A stretch of 64,000 nucleotides of DNA from Balanoglossus misakiensis (Eukaryota > Animalia > Hemichordata). Within the stretch, counting starts at the first letter, position 1, and each line of letters opens with the position of its first letter. The stretch covers positions 634,814 through 698,813 of the forward strand of contig CM082585.2 of the NCBI GenBank assembly GCA_040954595.2, read 5' to 3'. Under the pieces are notes generated by a model. The model was not told the origin of the DNA. It made no database searches and saw nothing but the letters and a program-made list of their open reading frames with translations. The position numbers were made by a program, and so were the translations under genes. Positions 12,567 through 30,591 of the stretch are shown here, in pieces.

Positions 12567-12710
12567 GTAGGTACATTTGGCATAAAAATTGAAGGGTTTA
12601 CTTATATATTGATTACATATTCTTTTCCTATTTCTTGAGTTTCTTGCAAAAAAAACACATATTGACCAAATTTGATCATTATGGTTTTATGTTTACATCG
12701 TTTATTTCAG

Positions 12711-18884
<6,174 letters not shown>

Positions 18885-19804
18885 GTAACTGTGTGCTGAC
18901 CATTTGTGATCCTATTCTTGGTTTCTTTAGTAATGTTTACTGTAAAATGGGAAATTTTTGCCGCAAACTACGCGAGAGCCAAAATAACATGCAAATAAAA
19001 CGTCGCGTAAAAAAAATTTCGGAGATAACAATGCAGTGAAATACACGAACACAAAACTTAATCGTTGTGTAACAGTTGCCCCTTTTGATATCGCAAAAAT
19101 TCCCTGTCGCGAAAATTTCCCATTTTCCAGTATTTATTTCCATGCTGTACCATGCATATTACTTTTTACAGCCTGAATTTCATTTACCTGTATTCTTCTT
19201 TCTCAGAAATATGTCGATCAATTTACCAATCATTGAATGTATTATATAAATAAGCAAGCAGGCTTGCTGCACAATCAGATGTATAGAGGCTTGGATCTTT
19301 CATTACATTTGCTGGTTCATTGCTGTTCTGTTCTCGGATGTGCGCCTCACTACATGTACATCTGAATCTACTCCATTGAAAATGTTGAATGTGTTTTTTC
19401 AAAAGTAACCAATCTAAAAGCAGCTAACTTAACGCTTTTTGCTATGTGTTCTGACAGGTGCATTATGTCTTCTGTAACGAGTGCTTAGATTGGCTTGAGA
19501 AAGCACATGATTTTCTATGTGCATATGAGGTGAATATTTGAGAATAGGAAAGCAAAGAACTAGCGAATGTAAATATCAATCAAACACTACACCAGTTAGC
19601 CAGCAAGCCATCCAGGAAACAAACTCATATGTTAGTATTTTCATTTTAGCTTGAAGTACAGTTTTATAGAACTGATAATATTCTATAGATGAAAGTACAT
19701 AGTACATACCATTCCAGTACAAACAAGTAATAATAAGTTGCACATGTTTTGGTTGTAAAGCTTAGTCTAATGTTCTGTTATGTTTGCTTTTATATTTCTA
19801 ACAG

Positions 19805-22800
19805 AAAAGTCATCCAATTATGATCTCTTCTTCGATGGAGCTGACTCAATGGTTGTCTCACCAACATTTAATTGCAGTCAAGACTTCAGTGTATCACTGT
19901 GGGTCAGATATAGCACCACTGATAAATCAACACCAGGTGTCTATCTTACCATAGCATTGCAAGGATCAAGGTACTCTTTATGTTATTCTTTCTAGTCTGC
20001 AACCAATCTGATTAAAATCAGAAGCCCCCGTTCAACCTCCCGTTGTGGCCAGGCCAATCAGTACAGTTGAAAGTTCCTGCACTAAAAAAATAAATATTAC
20101 AATGAAATGAAATATAATGTCTCGGGAGTTCATTTACTTCCATATGTTCTAGTGGATGAGATAATGCTTTGTTTAGGAATTTCAAAGTGGGAAATGCAAC
20201 GTTTTCTCATTGTATTTTGCATTTTCTCACGGTGGCGACCATATTCCTTTGCGGCGAAGATTTATTATTTGTCTGGTTTAAACTTGCATATGCACTTATA
20301 CTTAGGGTTCATAATACTTGTACATAGTTCAGTGCATACTTCTGTATGGGCTAAAGGTGGTGCAGTTTGAAAAAAGTGTGATAATTTCCCAAAAGTAACA
20401 GCTGATGCACCGATTTATGTCTAATCTCTGTTTTGAATTTCTTGGCAGCTTAACCCAAGTTGATAGTACCCTTCCTTGTCCTGGACAGAAGTCTATCTGT
20501 CAGTACAAATGGTGTAACCGTATCAGTTGATGACAACTCGTGGCATAATGTTGTCATGGTAATTGAAGAAGGCATTGTGGCAGTTTACTTGAATGGTGTT
20601 GCAGTAACATCACCCCTTCCATCCTGGACAGGTATCACTGACTCAGAAAAGTAAGTTGCTAGTGGAACTCCGAACATTTTTAACTCCTACAAAGCCATAG
20701 AAAATTGTCATCATCACATGTTAAAATTCTATATTTTCCTATACTGTCAAGTTTTCCCAAGCCTCAAGAGAAGTGAACCATTTATTTGTGAAGCAGTTAT
20801 CTTGTTTATAACTTATCTGCTAGGTAGCTTGTCTTACTCCTACATGACAATACAATATCATCATAACATGTTGCGACTTACAACAAAACTGGCCAAAAAA
20901 ATCAAGGGAGCAAACTATGGACATCAGCAAAGCTATCTTCGTGGCACTTTCAAATTCAAACTTATGCGGAACGATACTGATTTTCACAGTTTATTTTTGA
21001 CAACTTCTTACCAGCACTTTTAATGAATTCATTATTCTCTTGTTTTTCAACAGCTGTATGGTAATTCTTGGTCAAAGCTATGACGAAAATGGACTCCTTG
21101 ACAACTATTTTAGCTTCCATGGTGATGTTACACAGATGAATGTATACGATTATGTATTGACTCCTGTTGAAATCCAGAGTCTGGCTTTGAACTGTTCACA
21201 AAGTCCACTTGGCAATCATGTCATGTGGGTTGAAATGGATCAAGAGTTATTGGGTAGTGTGGTCAAAATCCAGCCATCAGCTTGTGGAAGTACCAGGTGC
21301 CCAATTGGTTACTCTGGTTCACCATGCACACCTGTTGGTAAATAGCCTTATTCATTACTATCAAACAATTTTATGCATAATCTGACGAGGAGAAATTGGG
21401 TCATATTCACAGAGTTGATTAATCCTAAATCCTTACTTTAACACAGCTCTCCTTGTAATGTTGTGTCTGTCCAGGGAAAACTGTGTGAAATGTTGAGTAG
21501 TTTTTCCTGTGTACATTCACCAGCCCCTAGCTGCTGTGTGTTGTACTCCAATCACACAGCCTGCAATCTCCCTACTTTAGGAAGTATAGGGAATCATCAT
21601 CTGCCCATGCCTGTATCGCTCACTCTTTTTGTTTCTACCGTACATGTATTTAACACTGAATGTAATGATACTATTCACAACCACCACCACCACCATCATC
21701 ATCATAATCATCATCACCACCACCACCACCACCATCATCATCATCATCGTCATCATCATCACCATCATCATCATCAGTTTCTGCTGTTCCAAGAACTAGG
21801 CTTATCATGAGTGTAATTGATCATATCAGTTATTATGCCTATGGATACCATCTCATGACTCCTGTCCTATCTTGTAGTGTTTCTTGACAGTGATCTAGTC
21901 TATTCACATGTATCAGAAAACAAGCTCTTAACAATATCTGGATTTCTCATGAATATGTGACAGATATTAACATCTAGTAGTGCATTTACCTAAATGTACC
22001 AGTGTATGCATAGGGGGTGTGGACCAGTTGTTTAATTTACAAACATTTGTTATTCTTTCACTTTTTTTTCTTCAGATAAACACGCTCCTGAAGTCATTTA
22101 CTGTCCCAATACGACCCGTATAATTAGTCCTAATAGCTTGACAACAGGAGTATGGCAGGAGCCTATATTTACAGATGATGTCGCCATTGCCAATGTGACA
22201 CAAACCTACACAATGGGTAAGTTTCCTATAAAATATCATTTCTGATTATAGATAATATATAACATTCACACTAACTAAGTTTTTTTTTATCGGGGTGGGG
22301 TGGGGAGTTGATCTAAACAGAAACCAACAAGCTGAGACAACTTTCCTAAGATTATGGTCAGTATGAAGCATACTGGTACAGTTTATTCTTGTGGCCGTTA
22401 CTCATATATGGCTAGCACATCCTATGTGCGACAGATGATCTTGCTTCCAAGTATTAAAGCCTCAATTGCTGATACTATTACCATATGTTTATAGGCCCTT
22501 TCCTCGATCCCAGGGCAGTACAATGAAGTTAAAACTCGAAAGCATTTGTGTTTGCACGTAATTGTTTATTGGAAACAAAAGATTTGACCAACTGTTGAGC
22601 AAGGCCTTTAATCAGTAAAGTACTTAATATTCTCCACTACTACTGGGGATACCCATACCACAAATGTTGTGTTCTCTTACAATGGGCAGTTGAATAAACG
22701 TGTGCGGCACCATATCTGTTTAGTATACATATCTTGTTCATGTTTATATGTACAGTCACAATCAGGAGTTGATAATATGCCTGTGTATACCCACCAGATA

Positions 22801-23015
22801 GCTCACTTAAATGGACCATTCTAAGTTTGAAAAGAAAATCATGAAAAACATTCAAGAAACGGAAGCTATTTTGGCTTTAGCACCCATGCCTGTAATGATG
22901 TGCATAATTTTGTTCTTACAGGTGACACCTTTACCTGGGGAACCTACCAGGTCAGCAGTTGCTTCAGATACAGCTGGCAACAATGCACAGTGCAACTTTT
23001 TACTCTATGTACTGC
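19805..23015 (+). CDS. Pentraxin/LamG-like domain exons followed by HYR exons (disrupted)
   Basis: FSVSLWVRY; DDNSWHNVVMV..VYLNG; ILGQSYD..SFHGDVTQMNVYDYVLTPVEIQSLALNC; then DKHAPEVIYCP..WQEPIFTDD..GDTFTWG..ASDTAGNNAQCNF. Probable frameshifts near 20469 and 22955. Confidence 0.88.
21678..21775. repeat. Intronic (CAC/CAT)n compound microsatellite
   Basis: Read directly; lies in the intron 21338-22075. Confidence 0.95.
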
Positions 23016-23671
23016 GTGAGTGAATTTTTTTATCATTCATACATAAACTCTACAAATTAATTAATATCTTGACAAATTGTCATCTCTACCCCTTGTTATG
23101 TCTTGTCACATACTGTAAAACGGGACATTTTCGTGACAGAAAATATTTTGCAATATATCAAAAGAGGCAACTGTGACACGAGAATTAAATTTCCGCATTC
23201 TAGTATTTTACTAACTACTCTGGTATCTCTGAAAAACATTTTATGCGACTTTATTTTCTTCTTCTTTTTTGCCGAAGTTTGGGAAAATTTGCCGTTTTAC
23301 AGTAATATGATTGCATCATTATCACTTTTGTCCATATGTAACTATCAAAAATTATAACAACATCATTCAGAACATACAAGGACACTCAAACCCGTCTAAA
23401 ACAAACCCTGTCTAATCGGGAAACCTCTCTTCAACCAACAGCTTTTCCTAGTCCCTTTTACATAGAAACATGTTAATGTGTTGGTGTTCTGTTTACAAGA
23501 TTTGACTGTGTAATAAATATGGGTGTCACACATACACCATTAAGACAGTTCTGAAGCATCTCAGAATTGATACTGTCTTAAAAAAACATGTGTGGACGGT
23601 GTAAGTGGTCCTGAAACGTCTCAGATTTGAGACGGCTCTGCCAGCCAGACCTGAGCCAGTGTAAGGATTAA

Positions 23672-24657
23672 GGTAGTTGGAAAGGCTATTTTTGAAGCAA
23701 ATTCTCTCAATGTTTGTGAATTTATTTTCACAAGTTAGAATAAAGATAATGACTTGAAATTTGCAGCATGTGTTCTTAACAAACTAAAAAGTGAGGGAAA
23801 AATATGACTGTAAAAATATCTGCTAAAATTATGAAATTTGATACGCCTAAATATAAATATTCATAATTTTACAAAATATTGATTGAATCTTGACATGTTT
23901 TCACAAATTATTGAATAATTTGTATTCATTTTAATATGAAGCAACCCCTCCAGCAATGTATGGGACACTTTCAGCAAAAACTTATTTTTTTCAAAGTTAT
24001 CACTCAGGAAAACACAGTTTTTGTTGATATTTTGTATACAACTTTAACGTGCTGCCAAAACACAACGGGAAAACTTATGAAAAAACTGTCCCGTAAAATT
24101 GTTCTTTGGGATGTCCCGAGCCTTTCCTGAAAGTTTCATAATAAAAAAATTATCTGGCATACCAATTCAATCACAAATAAAAACCATAACATTATGGCGA
24201 AGGGCAGAAAAGTAGCGAAATACGCAAAGTTTAGCGGCAGTTCACGGCGAAGGATCGCATTTATCTGGGTCAAATGCTTTTCCGCTGGCCTTTCGGGTTC
24301 CCTAGAAATGCAAAAATGTCCATAATTTGGCAGCCTTTAATAAACAAGCAAGGTTATCTATCGCTGAAAATTGCAAGAATCAGTGTTTGCAAGTTACATT
24401 TAAATGCCCTTGGCTAGGGGAACCTGTCCTTGTGCGCATAGCCTAGGAGAAGTCTTCCCCTAGAGGGCGCTCAAATAAGGCTCCCTAGCTTCCTTGCCAG
24501 ATGAATGAAATTAGGTATCATAAAACCAGCCATATCTTGTTACACGTTTATTGCCCCGAATTTTTCATGAGTTTAATGTTTCTCTAATACATTTCTAGAT
24601 ATAAATTCAGTGTTTTTAAATGAAATTTTAACTGACGCCCTAGCCTTTCCAACTACC
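23672..24657. mobile_element. 986-bp TTAA-targeting non-autonomous element (Kolobok-like), nested in another repeat
   Basis: TTAA at 23668-23671 and 24658-24661; TIR ggtagttggaaaggcta / tagcctttccaactacc. The host repeat occurs uninterrupted, inverted, at about 47480-47690. Confidence 0.85.
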
Positions 24658-24719
24658 TTAACACCTCTCCGCAACCCATTGTCTATGGGGCCGAGCCTCA
24701 GCGCCCATACATAAACTTT

Positions 24720-25030
24720 GATTGGATGACATTTTGCATTCCTTAGTTGACACACACAAAATGTTATCCAATGACGTGAAGTGTATTACACGGCAGAGAC
24801 TACAATGTGCCAGAAGACAGTTCCAGAGTCATTTATTCAATGTTTTTTAACGAATTTGGCTAATTTGTGGCCGTGTGAAAATATAATCTCACACACCAAA
24901 GACCTGGGATCATATTTCTCACGCTCATCACGGATATTTTGTCCCACACTCGCCTGCGGCTTGTGTGGGACAATAAATCCCCAACTCATGTGAGAAATAT
25001 GATCCCAGGTCCTTGGGGAATGGGAGATTC
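24720..25030. repeat. Hairpin element with leader; second copy about 30270-30587
   Basis: Shared gattggatgaca..aaatgttatcca leader, then hairpin tctcacacacca..gacct.ggatcatatttctcac...gtgagaaatatgatcccaggtccttggggaatg.gaga. Confidence 0.85.
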
Positions 25031-25602
25031 TAGTAATCCCACACTCTGGCAGATTTGAAAGCATTATATGTGCAATACATGGACAGAAACTTCAATGTGC
25101 CAGCAATCTAATTAGTATCAGATGTAGAGTTAGGCGCTTTTGATAGGTTTGGCTATTCTGTTCTCTTAGCTTTGGCTGTTCTGTTCTCTGTCTTGGCAGT
25201 TCTGTTCTCTGTCTTGGCTGTTCTCGGGTGCACGCATCTCTTTCAAACAGAACAGCCAAGAATCAGCGAAAGTAAAGAAGGCGCCTAATTCTACATCTGA
25301 TTTTAATCAGATTGATGTGCCAAGTGACAGTTACACGAGAAGTAGAATCTCAAACACCGAGGAACCTGAAATAAGATTTCTGACACTCAAACTAAAATAT
25401 TGCATCTCACACTCACCTTTGCCCATGAGAAGAAATCTAACACCATATCCTTTGGGATGTATTAGATTCTGTTAATCTCCTACATGGGACGCAAGACCTG
25501 TAATTCATTTTCCATAGCCAACAATGGGAGCTTTGAGCTAAATATTCCTATTTTATAACATTCAGCGAGCCAAATTCCATTGCATGGTTTTATCTTTGAT
25601 GT

Positions 25603-28600
25603 TATATTCTGCCATTATATTTTCCAAGAAATAAAAATGAGGAACAGTGGGCTGTCAGCAGATTACCAATTGATGTTGGCAACGAAACTGGGGAACCCAT
25701 CATTGAAGAGAGACAAATTCGAATCATGACAAATCCAGCAAAACCTTTTTGACTCAGGTGAAGTATTTGAGCCCCAGTAACTCTAACATTTGACTGTTTT
25801 TTCAGTATTTTTCTCCTGTGTCATTTTCTTCTTTTACTCTTTATAGCTTTTCAACAAAGTCTGTATATAAGCAACGGCCATTGTTATTGTAGAAAATGAA
25901 TTCGAGTCTCGACTTCATTCAATTTTCATCAATAACAATGCAGATTACTACAAAAGGGCTGTTTTGAAATGATATCTTAGTATAATTTCTGGCACTCGAC
26001 GTAGTCAAGGGGTTTAACCCTAATGCTACTGGGTGTCATATCTGTTCAGAGTGTCATGTCCCTTAAAAACCTATATGCCATTTTTCTTCTAAAACATATT
26101 TTGACTGTCTTGACATGGCTCTCATACGTACTTAGACACACTTGGCAGTCTGAACCCCCTGTAAAATGTACCAAATCGCACTGGTTTGCACTGTATTGGT
26201 TTGAGGGTCTTGTATAGGCCCAACTGATTAACACACACTTGGCAGCCTAACATGCCTGGGAGCCAGGATTCTAGGCACCCTGGAAATTAGTCTGGTCCCC
26301 TGCCCCAATCCCACCGCTGGCTGCGCTACGCTAAAGGGAAAGGGGTCAGGTACGGCCCGATTTCACACCCAGAAACCTGGGAAGACCATGTGATCATAAA
26401 CAAGATGGATGCCTCCAATGTCCGTACGCCAGTCAAGATTCATCCAGACAGTTTATTTTGTTTCGTTTGTTGTAAAGTTGAAAATCGAATGATAAACATT
26501 AATGGAGGTGAAGGAGAGAACGGGAAATGAGTATCTTACAACAACTTATACTTAAGTAGAAATAGTGCTCGTATTTATTGACCAATGAGAGCCATGTTTA
26601 CAATAGGCCGTGCCTGACCCTTTCCCTTTAGCGTAGCGCAGCCAGCGGTGGGATTGGGGCAGGGGACCAGACTACCTGGAAATCAAACCAGTTTCAACTG
26701 ACTTGGCAGCGTTAGGGTTAATGTGTTTTGTCTGTGTGTTTTGCAATGTAGATGATGAAGATGATGATGATGATGATGATTACCTTCTACCAAATGCGCA
26801 TGAAGATGTTGAAGTGAACATCAGTGGTGTTGGTCAACACTCATTCGCTGTCATGGAAGGGGATCATGACAAAGAAAGAAAAGAAAAATTACACAGTAGA
26901 ACTTCAAATGAACAGCTCTTTGTTGTAGTACAACAGAGAAGGTAACGCCACAACCTATCAAATGTCACAGAATTCATCAAAGTATGAGCCCAGGAAAAAA
27001 ATTCCAGACAATTTAAAGTGAAAGGATCGTCGCGCTGCGTTTGTTTGTTTATAAACATTACAAGTCATCCACAAATCCCTGAAATTAGATCATTCTTAGA
27101 ATGAACGAAGCAGCCAACTGTAGCGTAGACTGGGCATGAAAGCAACTGAAGATCTTAGTAGGTCGTGGTGACTACAGTGGGGTTTGTGCTGGTATGGGAG
27201 GACATATTCTCATCAAGGGGGACAGCCCTTCCCTTTAAACTCGACATACAGCCTATCAGTTAACTTTTCGTATCAATCAAAATTGACTAGGAAAGATCAA
27301 AATGTCTGGCTTTTTTCATTAAGGTTAGTGAATTTAATAACTGGAAGTTGTGAAAAAAGTACCATTTACTCTCCCACAAATCAAGAGTCTCATATTTTTG
27401 AGGAATGATTCTCAGAAAATCTTGTTCAGTTGCTTTGCAGGGTCTTTATGGCCGTCCTTGTTATAATGTTTCTCATTTTCTGACTCTTTCTGTTGTTTGT
27501 TTTATGCAGATACAACCGCTGGCTGCAGAGATCTCGGCAGACTGATCTGACTGAAATTGCAACACTGCATTGTCTCTATCAGTCTAGAGTGGATTATTTT
27601 GGTCGACCTGTCATTTTCTTTGTTGGCAGAAATTTCCCAGCAGCTTCCATTGACCTTGACAAGGTAATTAAAGCTCCATTAGCTTTATCTTTTCGCTACG
27701 TTTTCAGTATTTTTGTTTTGTTTATTTACTGCAGTTCTTTTTTTTCAAATTCCTGAAGCATGATGAAATGCCCAGCAATTTGCTTATTGAGTTATGACAA
27801 CCAGTAATTGATCCCATTTCAGTGAGCAGAACAATACAAATAATATTTCACAAGAAAATTTAAATAACTAAAATAATGTCAAAAATGAGTGACTTTGTCC
27901 CTTTAACCAATTTTTTCACATCTGAAGTGTTTTTTAGTCCACAGTTAGCTATTTTCTCTATCAGTGTTTTATCAGATCTCTGATTTTTTTTTCAGGCTGT
28001 GCTTTACCTGATTCAGCAGTTGGATCCCATTGTGAACAAGGATTACATTGTTGTGTACTTCCATACACTCAGTTCTCCGGCTAACCATCCAGACATCTCC
28101 TGGATTAAACAGGTCTACAACTTGTTAGATTTTCGATGGAAGAGGAACCTCAAAGCATTTTACATCATTCACCCAACGCTGTGGTCAAAGGTCAGTTGCT
28201 AAGGTTACTTCTGTTTCTAACATACAGAAGCCTAGATTTTCATCTCTGAATGTAAAATACAGTAAAATCCATTTAAACTGGGCACCATAGGGACTGAAAA
28301 AAATTGTTCAGTTTGCTGAGGTGTCCAGTTTGTAGAGGTATCCTGTGGTTCTATGTTAAAGGGCTTGTGAAAGATGTTTGGTATAGACAGGTTTCCAGAT
28401 TAGAGAGAGTTCAGTTTAGATAGATTTTGCTGTAGTATGGGGTTATGTGCAAAAAATTGCCATATGTGGATGAAAGCCTTGTTTGTGGCATATTAGACGA
28501 CCAATGACAGAGTCCAATAGTTCACATAGGGAGCCAAAGTTCATATGTGGTCATGTTTTGTGTATGATTCATTGTTTAACACTTTCATTAGTTAATTCAT

Positions 28601-30107
28601 TGATTAAGGGGGTATTGCATGAAACCGTCAAGACTTTTTCAGAGGCCTATTTCTCATCAAACACTACGTTAAAACCCCCTATAAACCATACATATTCTGG
28701 AAGCTAAGTCTTTGAACTTTTGTTTGAGTTGCATATTTTATTGACCCCCGGAAATGGTGGCCAATCAACGCAAAGCAAAGCTACTTAGATCTAAAGTTGT
28801 TAAAAGTGGCAGAAATGCAGACCAAGAAAAACGGCAATGTGCATTGTTGACACTTATTTCTTCAACTGCGGACTCATTCAGAAAAGTGCTATTTTGGGTG
28901 ATTATGTACCATTTCTGCCAAGATGCATTTGTCAGAATGTGGGTCAGTATTAGACCTACCGATTATGTAAAAAAGAAAAAAATTGGTAAAAATCATAACT
29001 TTTCATGTAAGGTAAATATTTAAAAACAAGGGAGGAACACAATGCCTTCATTACAAGTTGTCACACACAGTAGAAACACTTGTCAATTTGTTTTGGGATT
29101 CCAAACCACTCCAAATTTGTGTAACTTTCCAAGGTTATGAGATCTCAAGGGTGAGAGCCAATGTGTTTTGTTCTAATATCAACTTCAACCCCTTGTGTTG
29201 TCTTTGTGGGTGTTGGTGGTGTCACTGACTCCTTGGTGGCTGGTGTCAAACTGGGGAGGCTAAACCCCCATTGAAATCAGTCTGTTGGGAATAAGTGCAA
29301 ATGTACATAACTGTGGAAGGAATTTGTTCTGCTATGCTCACTTTAGTTGAGAGAATGAACCTGATTAGAAATGTTTTAAGTTCATTTTAGTTCATATGAC
29401 CTACATGCTGAGTGTGCATGTTCTGTGACATCTTTTGCCTTTTTGAAGTGATCAACGCATCTGAACCAGAGTTTTCTTTAGCTGTTGGTGAAATAAGAAA
29501 TATGTACTACCTAAATATTAAATAATAATTAAGACAAAGCATACCTATGCTTGTGAGGTCAAAATGGGCATCATAGATTATCAGAGATGGTGGTGGTGGT
29601 GGTGCATAGTATGTTTTAAAAATGATGAAATTACTGTTTAGAAATCCTTTTTTAAACTCCCTGGCTAAAGAGAAAAAAGGGTGTTTATTAACTGAAAATG
29701 TCATTAGACATCAAACTTTGGTGTTTGTTTATGATTACCAGTCACTTTTATAATCTTAACATTGTTTTATTGGAGAACCGTTTTGATATGTGGTGACAAC
29801 ATGGTTTCATGAAATTCTTTTTAATGAGTGAAAAGAATTGAAAGCACACTAATTATATTTCAGATAAAGAAAGGAGATGGTTGAAGTACCTTACTTTATC
29901 TAACAGACTTACGAGTTTTGTATGATATGTTCATGCTTGTGTAGTTTATCTGTTCCATTTCAGGTTTTGACGTGGTTCTTCACAACATTCACAGCATCGA
30001 GTCTCAAAACGCGTGTTCACACTCATTCAGGAGTCAAGAACCTGTATAATCTCATCCCTCCAGAACACCTGGATATTCCACCTTTTGTTTTGGACCATGA
30101 CATGAAA
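25603..30107 (+). pseudogene. GDAP2: Partial GDAP2 (ganglioside-induced differentiation-associated protein 2) homolog: linker and CRAL-TRIO/BCH exons only
   Basis: Exons 25603-25757 (YILPLYFPRNKNEEQWAVSRLPIDVGNETGEPIIEERQIRI), 26752-26941 (HSFAVMEGDHDKERK), 27510-27663 (YNRWLQRSRQTDLTEIA..GRNFP), 27996-28190 (YIVVYFHTL..KRNLKAFYIIHPTLWSK), 29964-30107 (WFFTTFTAS..IPPFVLDHD) match the recalled GDAP2 sequence. The first exon lacks an acceptor and has an extra T at 25746-25750. Macro-domain exons and last exon not found. Confidence 0.9.
26288..26674. mobile_element. MITE with TAG...CTA termini and 9-bp TSD (AcademH-like non-autonomous); short derivative about 49663-49747
   Basis: ~68-bp TIR starting tagtctggtcccctgccccaatcccaccgctggctgcgctacgctaaaggg. 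TSD cctggaaat at 26279-26287 and 26675-26683. Confidence 0.85.
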
Positions 30108-30591
30108 GTGAGTATCATTTTGATGCTTATAGGATGATTTTCTTACAATTACTTTGTGCAAATAGGGTGTTCTTACACTGCTGGCATGCTGATAGTGTGG
30201 GATCAGAGTGTGTGAACAAATCGATCCCACACTCTCACTGAATGGGGAAACTGTATATAATGCGAGCGCTGATTGGATGACAAAGCATTCTTTTATTACC
30301 AGGCGCTAAATGTTATCCATTGGCGCAAAGTGTAATACATGGACAGAAACTACAACGTACGAGACGACATTTACAGTCAATTATTCAATGTTTCTAATGC
30401 GAATTATAATTTGGCTTTTTTTTGTCGTGAGAGAAATAGAGTCTCACACACCAAGGACCTAGGATCATATTTCTCACACTCGTCGGGGATATTTTGTCCC
30501 ACACTCGCCTGCGGCTCGTCTGGGACAGAAAATCCCCCACTTGTGTGAGAAATATGATCCCAGGTCCTTGGGGAATGTGAGATTCTATTAA

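Noticed and set aside
21463-21810. Poly-His ORF (and poly-Met/Val on the other strand)
   Set aside because: It is the translation of an intronic CAC/CAT microsatellite.
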